A stretch of DNA of 64,000 nucleotides from Cyanophyceae cyanobacterium (GCA_038321985.1 JBBQFN010000026.1:10846-74845), one strand, 5' to 3'; shown: positions 20,711-32,428, numbered from the stretch's first letter. The notes: generated by a model from the sequence alone, not told the origin. Translations and numbers: made by a program.

Positions 20711-22135
20711 ATGCCAGAAACAGGAGCGATACTACAAGAGCGTTATCAACTGCAAGAGCAGTTAAATGATAACCCGGCACGGGAAACCTGGTTGGCAGTG
20801 GATCTGACTACCGAGGAACTCGTGGTGGTGAAGTTGCTGGTGTGGGGGGGTGCGAAGGCATGGGAAAGTCTCAAGCTATTTGAACGGGAGGCAAAGGTAC
20901 TCCAAAATTTAGCCCATCCGCGCATTCCTCGGTATCGGGATTATTTTGCGATCGATGATGGGACCTTGTGGTCTGGTTTAGTCCAAGATTATATTCCCGG
21001 GGCCTCGCTTCAGGACTGGATCGATCGCGGCAGGCGGTTTACCCAGGAGGAAGTCGAGGGGATGGCGAGTGCGCTGTTAACTATATTATGTTACCTCCAT
21101 GAGTTAAATCCCCCCGTTTTGCACCGGGATATTAAACCGAGCAATATTATATTAGGAGAGGATAACGAAATTTATCTCGTGGATTTTGGGGCAGCACAGG
21201 ACCGGGCCGCCCTCACTCCGGGACGCAGTTTTACCGTAGTCGGCACTTATGGTTATACTCCGTTAGAACAATTTGGGGGTCAGGCTGTACCGGCGTCGGA
21301 TTTATATGCCGTGGGTGCAACCTTGGTGCATTTACTGACGGGAGTACCGCCTGCGGAGTTAGTGCAGAAGAATTTGCAGCTAGAGTTTGGCGATCGCCTC
21401 AGTACCAATCTCAGCCCCTATTTAGTCGGTTGGCTGCAAACCATGACTGCAACCGAGGTAGACAATCGTTATCCCACTGCGACGGAGGCGATCGCCGCCC
21501 TCCAGGGAGTGGCAACTTTATCTACAGACAACCGCCCTTTTTATCAACCCGATATCACCCCAATTCAACTCCGGATCAAGCCGCAAAAATTAGAGATAAT
21601 TCTTCCGGAACCGGGGTTAAAGGTATTAAACTGGGGGTTGAATTTGTGGCGACGGGGATTAAAATTTATAGAACGAACAGTTGCCTCCTTGCGAGAGAAT
21701 TGGACTACTTCCGATCTGATTGCTCAAGTGTTAGTTTATCTGTTGATTGGCATTGGTAGCGCCGCCCTGCTGTCCCTGGTCCTGAACATAGCCATGGTGC
21801 TGCTACCGATATTAATTCCCGTGGTGATGGTGGCCTGTTTGAGCGAATATTTTGAACGAACCATCGTCTGTTTAGAACGTGATCGCAATACCTTTGAAAT
21901 TCAGCAAAAACGGTTAGGAGTTACCTATCGCCGGCAACTGGGGGTCACCGCGCATATTCAAACCGCCTCTATTTTTTATGATAATAAAAAGTTTGTGATG
22001 GGAGTTGCCCTCACGGCTGGACCAAAACCGGGATATTATCAACAATATGCCTTTGGAAATTCGGGGCGCAAACTCACAGAGGAAGAGTGTACCTGGTTAG
22101 CCCAGGAAATTGAGGACTGGTTGGAGTTGGAATAA
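20711..22135 (+). CDS. Membrane Ser/Thr protein kinase (Hanks type)
   Basis: VVVK, HRDIKPSN, DFG, GTYGYTPLEQ, DLYAVG; C-terminal TM hairpin. Confidence 0.92.
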   Translation: MPETGAILQERYQLQEQLNDNPARETWLAVDLTTEELVVVKLLVWGGAKAWESLKLFEREAKVLQNLAHPRIPRYRDYFAIDDGTLWSGLVQDYIPGASLQDWIDRGRRFTQEEVEGMASALLTILCYLHELNPPVLHRDIKPSNIILGEDNEIYLVDFGAAQDRAALTPGRSFTVVGTYGYTPLEQFGGQAVPASDLYAVGATLVHLLTGVPPAELVQKNLQLEFGDRLSTNLSPYLVGWLQTMTATEVDNRYPTATEAIAALQGVATLSTDNRPFYQPDITPIQLRIKPQKLEIILPEPGLKVLNWGLNLWRRGLKFIERTVASLRENWTTSDLIAQVLVYLLIGIGSAALLSLVLNIAMVLLPILIPVVMVACLSEYFERTIVCLERDRNTFEIQQKRLGVTYRRQLGVTAHIQTASIFYDNKKFVMGVALTAGPKPGYYQQYAFGNSGRKLTEEECTWLAQEIEDWLELE

Positions 22136-22880
22136 CCAACCCAGGGTGAGAGGGAGTCATCCAGTTGATTTGTTGAGCGCCCGGAATCGTTTTCTCCTCC
22201 GATAGTGCGATCGCCCCAGCTTCTGAGTGTATCCCTGCCGATATATTTTTCCCCGGCTTCACAAGATCTTCACAGTTTGGCGTTACCATAACCTATTAGA
22301 GCTGGCTGTTTTGCCTCAGTTGCCGTGAGTTTAGGGAGCTGAAGTTAGGGCTTGTGGGGTGATTCAGCTAACTCCCCCGATATTAAATTGCACCTTTTTT
22401 AATGGGGTGCTGGGTGTAAAAAATTAGATGAACTCAAAACCATGCCAGGTGGTAATGCGAGTCATAAAGGTCATTCGGTTAAACCCAATACGAATGCTAA
22501 TCATTTAGTCGATGTAGCTGCGGAACTCGAAGAAGACCCTCGGGATGAACTGAAGGAACCGGAAGGTTAGGAATTTGACCGGGAAGAGAAACCCGTTAAT
22601 CCAAAAGCCCTGCAAAGACCGGAATAGCAGTAACCGGGAATAGTGACCCTGTTCGCTGTTATTTTATATCAAAATTTCTGTAAATTACATTTCTCAATCT
22701 TTCCATAATTTAGGCAAAAATATATAAATTAATTCCATCTTTCCCCCCTACAGTAAGAGAGGGAAAGGTTGCCGATTATTTAAGTTTTACGGATAAAAAT
22801 TGGCCGGTGATTACCTACTGACTAATTGTTCATTTCAAGAGGATTGTCAAGGCGATCGGTCACCTAACATAAAGATGCCG

Positions 22881-25800
22881 GTTTCAATCCCTGAAAGGGA
22901 TTAGGGGTTATTGAGACCTTTACCAAGACGCGATTATTATAGAAACCAACCGTGGGTTTCAATCCCTGAAATGGATTAGGGGTTATTGAGACTTAAAATG
23001 GTAGCTTGCAATCTGCAATCCTGAACTGGTTTCAATCCCTGAAAGGGATTAGGGGTTATTGAGACTTGCGGCGGGTGGTGTGAGCAGTGTTCAAGGTTGG
23101 TTTCAATCCCTGAAAGGGATTAGGGGTTATTGAGACTCTACCACCTTGTAAGAATCCTTACTCGCTTGTTTCTGCAAGTTTCAATCCCTGAAAGGGATTA
23201 GGGGTTATTGAGACGCTTCCCCTCATCATTTTCACGATACGGTAACCGTTTCAATCCCTGAAAGGGATTAGGGGTTATTGAGACTATTTGGGTATCCACT
23301 GATTGAGTTGGGAGCATTCGTTAAGTTTCAATCCCTGAAAGGGATTAGGGGTTATTGAGACAACCGTGGTTGTCGTGCCCCGCTTTTACAGCGTGACGTT
23401 TCAATCCCTGAAAGGGATTAGGGGTTATTGAGACGTTGCTTAGATCTTGAAAGGATGAAAATATCCGAGTTTCAATCCCTGAAAGGGATTAGGGGTTATT
23501 GAGACGATTTATTTGTGCGATACATCGAATTTAAAAGCAAGTTTCAATCCCTGAAAGGGATTAGGGGTTATTGAGACTAAAGCAGCCCTGGGCATGGGCA
23601 ATCACCGAGCTGGGCAAGGTTTCAATCCCTGAAAGGGATTAGGGGTTATTGAGACTAGAGGGAGGGGTAGCTCGATCTACAACGAACGGGTTTCAATCCC
23701 TGAAAGGGATTAGGGGTTATTGAGACGGATTTCTGCGATCGCGGCGGCGCAATCCCTGTTTCAATCCCTGAAAGGGATTAGGGGTTATTGAGACTACCGG
23801 ATCCCTTACAACTGCCGCCACACATTCATGTTTCAATCCCTGAAAGGGATTAGGGGTTATTGAGACATCTAAGGGATAGATAAAGTCTGATTCGGATTTA
23901 GTTTCAATCCCTGAAAGGGATTAGGGGTTATTGAGACCAGTCGGGAAAGAATCCCGTCATTCCGTCTAAAGTTTCAATCCCTGAAAGGGATTAGGGGTTA
24001 TTGAGACAACTTGCGGGCGTTAAAGCACGATTATATCCCCGGTTTCAATCCCTGAAAGGGATTAGGGGTTATTGAGACTGATCTTTTTGGTTAAGTTAAA
24101 GAGTGAAAAAGGTTTCAATCCCTGAAAGGGATTAGGGGTTATTGAGACCTAAAGGCCGACTACCTCCCGGTCTTTTCTCTCAGTTTCAATCCCTGAAAGG
24201 GATTAGGGGTTATTGAGACTTGAGGATGTTTCCATGCCTTCAGGAGAAAGCACCCGTTTCAATCCCTGAAAGGGATTAGGGGTTATTGAGACCGAAATCG
24301 ATGATATTCCTCCCCTAGGAACTACCTGGTTTCAATCCCTGAAAGGGATTAGGGGTTATTGAGACTTAAGTTTAATTAAGGTCTACTTAGAAAGTATCAG
24401 TTTCAATCCCTGAAAGGGATTAGGGGTTATTGAGACTTAGTAGAGAGCGGCTATGAGAGCATGGGACCGTGACGGGTTTCAATCCCTGAAAGGGATTAGG
24501 GGTTATTGAGACCGATTTGAACAACGTTAAGGTTTGTTAAAAACAATCCTGTTTCAATCCCTGAAAGGGATTAGGGGTTATTGAGACCTAGCTTCTTTCA
24601 TCCCCGCTGTCATAGCGTCCCAGTTTCAATCCCTGAAAGGGATTAGGGGTTATTGAGACCTACAGGTGATGTAGAGCTAGCCTTTAAGCTAGATGTGTTT
24701 CAATCCCTGAAAGGGATTAGGGGTTATTGAGACTACGCTATCAACTTTTACCCTAAGTTCACAGAAGGTTTCAATCCCTGAAAGGGATTAGGGGTTATTG
24801 AGACCTTCGCAGCAGATTCTCTCTCCTAAGATTTCAGCCGTTTCAATCCCTGAAAGGGATTAGGGGTTATTGAGACTTTTTAATGATTGCACTTACTTAG
24901 TCAACCTCCACGTTTCAATCCCTGAAAGGGATTAGGGGTTATTGAGACCTGTTAAAGAACTGATTGAGCTATTGGAGGGTTTTGTTTCAATCCCTGAAAG
25001 GGATTAGGGGTTATTGAGACGAGGAGTTAAGTAAAAAATATGTTTTAGAGGTAGAGTTTCAATCCCTGAAAGGGATTAGGGGTTATTGAGACGTAATTGG
25101 ATGCTTATTTCCGAGTGGTCAACTGGAGTTTCAATCCCTGAAAGGGATTAGGGGTTATTGAGACAAGTGGGTCGTTCGCGGCGCGCAATTTGTCTATAAT
25201 TTTGTTTCAATCCCTGAAAGGGATTAGGGGTTATTGAGACGGCTATCTCTGTTCGCGGGGACAGAGTTTAGTAGCGTTTCAATCCCTGAAAGGGATTAGG
25301 GGTTATTGAGACTTTGTGCAAACCGGCCTACTCGTTCATCAATATATCCGTTTCAATCCCTGAAAGGGATTAGGGGTTATTGAGACCGCTCTTTTGCGAT
25401 AGGGATTACCCCTACTTATGTTTCAATCCCTGAAAGGGATTAGGGGTTATTGAGACGAAGAGGCTATTGAATCGGCTTCAATGATAGGTTTTGATGTTTC
25501 AATCCCTGAAAGGGATTAGGGGTTATTGAGACCAATGGCGATCCGAATTCGCTCGCGGAAGGCCCCGTTTCAATCCCTGAAAGGGATTAGGGGTTATTGA
25601 GACAATGCAGTGGTGGATTTGCCTCTGGTGACCACTGTGTTTCAATCCCTGAAAGGGATTAGGGGTTATTGAGACGAGGTGAGCCAACTACGCTCACGGG
25701 TGGAAAGGATTGAGTTTCAATCCCTGAAAGGGATTAGGGGTTATTGAGACGAGACCCGACTACAAGCTGCAAAGCGGAAACTATCTCGTTTCAATCCCTG

Positions 25801-26263
25801 AAAGGGATTAGGGGTTATTGAGACATTCCTTTTAGGGTCTGCTTATCATCATTCTCAAATTTTTCGTTTCAATCCCTGAAAGGGATTAGGGGTTATTGAG
25901 ACGGAATTGCAGGAATAATATTCGGGGAAGATATCGGGTTTCAATCCCTGAAAGGGATTAGGGGTTATTGAGACTTGAGACCATCGCAGAAAACACCGTT
26001 GGGGAGCAACGGGTTTCAATCCCTGAAAGGGATTAGGGGTTATTGAGACCCCACTGCCGCCAGCGGGGAGCGATCGCCCTAATGTTTCAATCCCTGAAAG
26101 GGATTAGGGGTTATTGAGACTCGCAGCGTTGGCCGCCCAGCTTCCTGATATCGTTTCAATCCCTGAAAGGGATTAGGGGTTATTGAGACACACATAAGCG
26201 CCGGCTCCCCGGGGAAGAACAGATGCGTTTCAATCCCTGAAAGGGATTAGGGGTTATTGAGAC
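22881..26263 (-). CRISPR. CRISPR array 1: 47 repeats / 46 spacers, 37-nt repeat
   Basis: Plus-strand repeat GTTTCAATCCCTGAAAGGGATTAGGGGTTATTGAGAC (minus strand ends ATTGAAAC); one variant at 22956; leader on the right. Counted manually. Confidence 0.99.
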
Positions 26264-26517
26264 CCACCGGGTTTGGAACCCTTGCTATATGAAGTTTTCA
26301 AGGTGCATTTGCGCGAACCTAGATCAAAAATACCATTACAGCCGCTAACTTGTAAAGAGGTCAATTTCATTTTCTCCTCAAATCATTTCCCTGTATAGCT
26401 TTCAGCGTTTGCGCGAACCTCTTCCCCGGGAAAATTGCACTCAAAGCATTATCAGCTAAGGGTTTCAGACGTAATTTTTGTCCCCTTCTTTTCTACAGCT
26501 TGGGGTTCGCGCTAAAT
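26264..26517 (-). promoter_or_regulatory. Leader of array 1
   Basis: Colinear and highly similar to 39226-39479. Confidence 0.88.
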
Positions 26518-26789
26518 CTGGGAGGGGAGGAATAGTTGGATCCAGAAGTTTTATCCCCTTGCTCTGATTCTATTTTATCAGATTCACCAGCCCCACAGAG
26601 AAGAAAAGCCGATCGCATCTCGACTGTGCCGGATAAGTTGGCCCCCGTGCTTCCGGCAGTTGGGTGTCCCTGAGTCTGGATCCAGTCGAAAATCCTAAAG
26701 AGGCGATCGCAAAAGTCGGATGTTGGGAGATAATCTGTCAGAGGAGGAAATCCAGTCCCCCTCGTTTAATATCATAAGTCCTGATTTCG

Positions 26790-28742
26790 ATGCGGGAGAG
26801 AGCAGTGGCACAGTGTCCAGTTTGTCAAGCAACATACGTTGAGGGCGAGGTCAAAAATTGCTCGACCTGTGGTTGGGATTTGACGCCATACCCCTTGACT
26901 TTGGGACGAATCCCGGATAGTTTTTTGCGAAAGGAACGGGCGCAACTCGGGTGGGCGCGGAATCATTGGCGATCGCAGTCTCAGCCTAAGCCTGTGGACA
27001 AAGAGCAAGTCTCTCAGGTCCAAATGCAATTGTCCCAACTCAAAACTCAGTTAGAACTCTCCAACCAAGAACGAACTCAGTTACAATCCCTGTTTGAGCA
27101 AACCGAGGAAGCCTACTGGCAATTGCACGGGAAACTGGAAACCACTCACACTGAATTAGAAGCCGCCCAAAAAGAACGAGAACAGGCTCAGTTACAGTTA
27201 GAGGAAGCGAAAAAAGCCAGTCAATCCCAGAAATCTCAACTGGAAACAAGCCAAACTCAACTAGAAGAATTTAGCCAAGAATGCGCTCAATATAAATCGC
27301 AAATTCACGAAGCAGCTAAAGCCTATTGGCGATTACAAGACCGTTTAGAACAGGAAGAGAAAGAGCGCGATCGCCTAGGGGGGGAACTCGCAAAAATGCA
27401 GTCCGATCGCAATCTGCATAAAGCCCGCGCTACTCAAGTTCAGCGCCAGCTTGAGGAAGTCGAAAGAACGTTACAACAAACCTCCAAAGTGCGATCGACC
27501 GATGGGGAAGCTGTCAACGAACTGCAAAACCAACTGCAACAAGCAGCGACAGCCTACTGGCAACTCCAAAGCCAACTCACCGATACCCAATCCGAACTCA
27601 ACCATTACAAAAACAATGGCGGGCGGGCTTCCCATGAAGAGCGATCGCACCTTCAAACCCAACTCCAAACCCACACTGCAAAATCCTCCGAACTCGAAAC
27701 AAAACTATCCCTAATCCAAACCGAACTAGGGGAAGAACGGCAAGAGAGACGCATCAGCGAATCCCGCATTTCTTGGTTGATGGAAGAGCGTAATCAACTC
27801 CAACATCAAATGGAACAAGCCAATGAGGAGCGGATTTTGCTACAAACCCAACTCTCCCAAACCCAATGGCAACTCGAAGTGGCTAACCAAGAAAACAGCC
27901 GTCTGCTTTCTGCCACCTACAATTCCCAATTTACCCGAAATACCGGCCTCGGACAAAACACAAAAAATGCCCTCAGTGTTTTATTTGTCTTGCTTTCTTT
28001 AAGCCCATTTTTATTACTCTTCCATCCCCGAGTCTCTGACCCTTTGTTAAAATTTGCTTTACGCAAGGGATATTTGACCAATGCCACCAACAAAGATTTA
28101 AGTCAAATCAATTTAGCGGGAGCAAAATTAGATGACAGCAATTTTAGTGGTTCAACTTTAAATAACGCCGATTTAACCGCAATTAGTTTAATCAATGCCA
28201 ACTTACAAAACGCCAATCTCAATGGCGCAATTTTGCAAGAAGCAAACCTCCAATATGCCAACTTGGCCGATGCGAGTTTAGACTGGGCCAATCTGACCAA
28301 GGCTAACCTGGAATCCGCTAATTTAAGCGGGGCCAATTTAGTTAGAGCTAATTTAAGCGGAGCAAATCTCCGAGGAGCAAATTTAACTAATACTCAAATT
28401 GATATTAATACTACCCGCATAGACTCCGAAGATTTACTCAACTGGAAACTCGTTAATTGGCCGAGACGAAACCGCCAGCTTGCCGGTCTAAATTTGAGTG
28501 GATTTAATTTAAATAATGCCAGTTTAATTGATGTCAATCTGGAACGGGCGAACCTGCAAGGAGTTAATTTAGGAAATGCCGATTTACAAGGGGCCAAATT
28601 AATGAGTGCAGACCTCACGGGAGCCAATTTTTCCGCCGCCAAGTTAACAAATGCTGACTTCAGCGGGGCGAAAATAGTCGGGATTAAAACCGATAATTTA
28701 ACCGTCTGTCCCAATGGCAGAAGTGGGCCTTGTCAATTTTAA
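26790..28742 (+). CDS. Zinc-ribbon / coiled-coil / TM / pentapeptide-repeat protein
   Basis: CPVC..CSTC, long Q/E-rich coiled coil, TM LSVLFVLLSLSPFLLLF, A(N/D)Lxx repeats. Confidence 0.85.
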   Translation: MRERAVAQCPVCQATYVEGEVKNCSTCGWDLTPYPLTLGRIPDSFLRKERAQLGWARNHWRSQSQPKPVDKEQVSQVQMQLSQLKTQLELSNQERTQLQSLFEQTEEAYWQLHGKLETTHTELEAAQKEREQAQLQLEEAKKASQSQKSQLETSQTQLEEFSQECAQYKSQIHEAAKAYWRLQDRLEQEEKERDRLGGELAKMQSDRNLHKARATQVQRQLEEVERTLQQTSKVRSTDGEAVNELQNQLQQAATAYWQLQSQLTDTQSELNHYKNNGGRASHEERSHLQTQLQTHTAKSSELETKLSLIQTELGEERQERRISESRISWLMEERNQLQHQMEQANEERILLQTQLSQTQWQLEVANQENSRLLSATYNSQFTRNTGLGQNTKNALSVLFVLLSLSPFLLLFHPRVSDPLLKFALRKGYLTNATNKDLSQINLAGAKLDDSNFSGSTLNNADLTAISLINANLQNANLNGAILQEANLQYANLADASLDWANLTKANLESANLSGANLVRANLSGANLRGANLTNTQIDINTTRIDSEDLLNWKLVNWPRRNRQLAGLNLSGFNLNNASLIDVNLERANLQGVNLGNADLQGAKLMSADLTGANFSAAKLTNADFSGAKIVGIKTDNLTVCPNGRSGPCQF

Positions 28743-28989
28743 AAACTCCTGAAAAAGGCCACCTCTTCAAAGGTGGGGCGGCATGAACTGAACCAGCAAG
28801 GGCGGACTGATTTAAAATAGGCAATTCTAGGGCGACAGCACAGGGGTTAGAAACTCGATTTCCTAACCAAATCTCTGTCAATTAGCGCCAAATTAAGGCC
28901 AGAAACCCGGTTTCTTGCCCCCGGGATTAATCATCGTTACCCGGAAGCCCTAGGCTGGATTTGAGATAACCCCTAACTCTTTAGGAATC

Positions 28990-30600
28990 ATGACAGGCTA
29001 CAATATCGGACTCGATTTCGGCACTACTAACTCGATCGTTTCCTACTTGGGTCCGGCTGGAGAACTGGATGCTTTCCAATATGGGGGGCCCGACGGTCAT
29101 AAATATATTCCGTCGTTTATCGCCTACGATGAGGGATTCCTGGAAATTGGCATGGCGGCCCGCACGACAGCCGCGAATCATCCGGAGATAGAAAGTTATG
29201 GAAACTTTAAAATGCGCCTGCCCCTTGCGGAATTTTCTGAGTATTTTGCAGGGAATCGTACTCCTAGTGGAGTAACAGCCGATTACCTGCGCGAACTGCT
29301 GATTTCTGAAGAGAATCCCTACAGTTTTATCAATCAACAAGGAAGCGTTTCCTCTTTGGTGGTTTCAGTTCCCGAAATTTGGCAAAGGGATATTTACAAT
29401 CGCGGTCGCGAGTCCCTCCAAAAGTTAATTAAACAGTTAGGATTACCCCTAATTCATTTAGTCAGTGAACCTGTGGCAGCAGCGGCTTATTATGCTTGGG
29501 AAATCCAACGTCGCGCTCGACAAGAGGGAATTGCACCGTTTAGCGGCAATTTGCTAGTTTGTGATATGGGAGGCGGCACTTTTGATGTGAGTTTGTGCCG
29601 GATTTATGGAGATAAAAAAGTAGAGGTTCTTTATTTTGATGGAGAAGGCGACTGCGGTTTAGATTCTGCCGGAGTTGCCTTCGATCGCCACTGCGTGCAA
29701 CTCGCCTATACTCGCAAACACGGCCATGCTTTAGATGAAACTGACCCTGAATTCCTGCGCTTACTGCGAGAATTTGAAACCGTAAAAATTGGTTCCCATG
29801 GACGAGGAACGCGAAAACTGATTAATTGTTTAAAAGAACCCGATATTTATGGCGATCGCGATTTATATGTCTTTGCCGGAGGCTACTGCGTCACCTTCGC
29901 CCAAGTTTTAGAAGCCTTTGCTCCCATTAGCGCCGGGATTCACCGGGTTATGAAGCGGTTAAAAGCGTGGTTACAGCAAGAAAACCTAGAAATTGACCGG
30001 TTATTTTTAGTCGGAGGATTCTCGCAATTTCTTCTCGTCCAACAGGCGATCGCAGAAGCCTTAGCCGTAGATAAAACCGACCCGCGTTTTGACCAAACCT
30101 TTAACATTACCAATAGCGCCTATGCCATCTCTTACGGAGCCTGTTTAATCGCCAATCAACTGGTAGAACCTACGGAAAAATACGTCCACACCCTCGGCAT
30201 TGTCGTCGATACCATTAACACCCAAGCTGAACGAGAACAGCGTTTTATCCCCATTATTAAAGGAGGTTCGGGGTTAGATGAATTAGCCCAACCCCAGTTT
30301 GCAAACATCCCCCCTTTAGTCACCTTTCAAAATGACACCCCCCTGAGTTTAACCCTCTGGGTTGACCCGCAATCCAAGGGGATGAAATTGAAAGAATCTC
30401 TACCGGATATGGTCAAACTACCCAGCTACGAATCTCACGATTCCTGGCGGGTGGGAATGAGAGTCGATCGCTCTCAAATCGCCTATTTAGTCATTGAAGC
30501 CGTAAAAGGAGAAAAACGAATTGAATACGAGCTAGGCAATGCGATCGCCAAAATGTTTCCCGGTTTTGTCTTAATTGATGAAGAGAAACCCGATAATTAA
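28990..30600 (+). CDS. Divergent Hsp70-family protein (not canonical DnaK)
   Basis: IGLDFGTTNS, SEPVAAA, CDMGGGTFDVS, LVGGFS; lacks a DnaK-type C-terminal domain. Confidence 0.85.
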   Translation: MTGYNIGLDFGTTNSIVSYLGPAGELDAFQYGGPDGHKYIPSFIAYDEGFLEIGMAARTTAANHPEIESYGNFKMRLPLAEFSEYFAGNRTPSGVTADYLRELLISEENPYSFINQQGSVSSLVVSVPEIWQRDIYNRGRESLQKLIKQLGLPLIHLVSEPVAAAAYYAWEIQRRARQEGIAPFSGNLLVCDMGGGTFDVSLCRIYGDKKVEVLYFDGEGDCGLDSAGVAFDRHCVQLAYTRKHGHALDETDPEFLRLLREFETVKIGSHGRGTRKLINCLKEPDIYGDRDLYVFAGGYCVTFAQVLEAFAPISAGIHRVMKRLKAWLQQENLEIDRLFLVGGFSQFLLVQQAIAEALAVDKTDPRFDQTFNITNSAYAISYGACLIANQLVEPTEKYVHTLGIVVDTINTQAEREQRFIPIIKGGSGLDELAQPQFANIPPLVTFQNDTPLSLTLWVDPQSKGMKLKESLPDMVKLPSYESHDSWRVGMRVDRSQIAYLVIEAVKGEKRIEYELGNAIAKMFPGFVLIDEEKPDN

Positions 30601-30636
30601 AGGGGAGACCTAACCCCTGACAAGAGTCGGGTTTTT

Positions 30637-30909
30637 ACTTCCGGTCCCCTCCCCTTGCCAAGGGGAGGGTTAGGGTGGGGTCTCCCGTGAGGTGGCGGAT
30701 TCCCTAGGGGATAGCTCCGCTTACCGCCACCTCACTCACTCACTGGAGGCGATCGCACCTGTATAGAGGCTAGTCTAACCTATTTCTTCGTGACTCAGGC
30801 GATCGCGCCTATACGAGAAGCCTCCACCCACCCCTTCCTCTTGACGTGCGATCGCCCAAGAGGGACCCCACCCTAACCCTCCCCTTGGCAAGGGGAGGGA
30901 ACCGGAAGT
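30637..30909. repeat. Inverted pair of ~46-bp palindromic repeats flanking ~180 bp
   Basis: 30637-30682 is the near-perfect reverse complement of 30864-30909. Confidence 0.85.
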
Positions 30910-30972
30910 GCAGTTAAATGTGGAGAGGTCTCTTTTATTAAATTCAATTAATCCCCTTAAAACAACCTAAAT

Positions 30973-31362
30973 ATGACCCAAGCAATAACCGAAGAACTGA
31001 CAGAAATAACTCAACATTTGCTATGGATGAGTGAAGCAGATTATCCCTGGGAAGTCGTCTCTTATGATTGTGCCAATGTCACCCCCGAGCAGCTTTTAGA
31101 ACAGAGTAATCTCCCCTCTGATACCCTTGTTGAAACGGTGAGTATCGATCGCTTTTTTGCACCGGCACTCCGGGACCAATCCTGGCATAACGAAGAAGAA
31201 CGAGAAACTAGACGCCGTTACCAAGGGTTATTTAATTTTATGACTGAACAATTGAATGACTTAATTGTTTACCGTCTGGGAGAGGTAGAAATTGCCGCTT
31301 ATGTGTTAGGAACTGTGGAAAACCACACCGTAGGAATCAAGACAAAAGTTATAGAAACTTAA
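30973..31362 (+). CDS. nuiA: Nuclease A inhibitor
   Basis: LLWMSEADYPW, FF..., VYRLGEVEI..YVLG, GIKTKVIET C-terminus. Confidence 0.88.
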   Translation: MTQAITEELTEITQHLLWMSEADYPWEVVSYDCANVTPEQLLEQSNLPSDTLVETVSIDRFFAPALRDQSWHNEEERETRRRYQGLFNFMTEQLNDLIVYRLGEVEIAAYVLGTVENHTVGIKTKVIET

Positions 31363-31418
31363 CCCAGTAAGGACACAGCGCCGCCGTGTCCTCTTTTGTT
31401 TTGTCAAGCCGAAACCCA

Positions 31419-32267
31419 TTATAAATTATCTACCCGACTCTCGATCGCAGCTTGAACCGCAGCGGGTAAATTAGAAAGGAAATCATACCCCGTCGCCGTC
31501 TCCAAAACATCCACCGAAACCCGATAATCCCGCCATGCAGTATTGGCAACTCGGTCAGTATTCGGCACTCGGACAGCGATCGCCCGGGTGTCAGCCGTAA
31601 TTCCTTCCAGTCCACTCCCTGGGCGATCGAGGACGACGATAATTTTCCAAGTATATTGGGGCACCGTCACCTTGCCATTGGCGATCGCTTTAATTCGTCC
31701 TTCGGGTCCAGCAATGATATAGAGTTCCTTCCCTTCCTCTACTAACTCCCGGGAATACTGCTCTAGTTCATTCCACACTTCCCGATTATTTGCCGCAGAT
31801 TGGGGGATTATATTCGTCATCAGAAAGGTAGCCGAATTATCCGCAGAGGACGTAGTGCGATCAGCTGAAGGAACTAAATGCCCGCGATCATATCCACTCC
31901 CCCGATAATCCGTCGCCCTCACCGCATAAAACCCTTCCGGCAACGATTCATCCGGTCTAAAATCATCTTGACGATCTACACTCCCACGCCAGGATGAATT
32001 AAGCTGCCAACTCGCCCAATTCGCCGTCCCCAAACTGCGATTATAGGACAACACATATTGAGGCTTTTCCATCAAATAATTATCCCCATTCCCGGGATCC
32101 CAGGTGGCATTACTCGGATTCCCCAACAGCAGATGGTTTTCTAAACCCGTCGGCGGACCGAACAACAAAGGACAACCCGCCAAAATGACAGCAACACAAC
32201 AGGCGATCGCCGCCAAATAAACCGCCCTAAATCTGGACTTTCGATTAGACATCCCCTCAACCCCCAA
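31419..32267 (-). CDS. nucA: Sugar-non-specific nuclease NucA (probable lipoprotein)
   Basis: HLLLGNPS, GYDRGHLVPSADR, TFLMTNIIPQ, NNREVW; LAGC lipobox. Confidence 0.9.
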   Translation of the reverse strand: MGVEGMSNRKSRFRAVYLAAIACCVAVILAGCPLLFGPPTGLENHLLLGNPSNATWDPGNGDNYLMEKPQYVLSYNRSLGTANWASWQLNSSWRGSVDRQDDFRPDESLPEGFYAVRATDYRGSGYDRGHLVPSADRTTSSADNSATFLMTNIIPQSAANNREVWNELEQYSRELVEEGKELYIIAGPEGRIKAIANGKVTVPQYTWKIIVVLDRPGSGLEGITADTRAIAVRVPNTDRVANTAWRDYRVSVDVLETATGYDFLSNLPAAVQAAIESRVDNL

Positions 32268-32428
32268 ACAGATCTCAACCCATTTTACGCCCCTCCCCTT
32301 TCATCTCCACCCCATCCCTCCGTGAAAATCCGTGAAATCTGTGGTTACCTCCCTCCCCAGAAGTAGTAACCCTCGCAAAAATAAAGTTATGCTATAAATT
32401 ATTGAGAAATGTTAAGAAAATAAGCCCC

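Noticed and set aside
19765..20765. Short ORFs of 81-103 aa upstream of the kinase
   Set aside because: They run through repeat elements or intergenic DNA and show no recognisable protein features.
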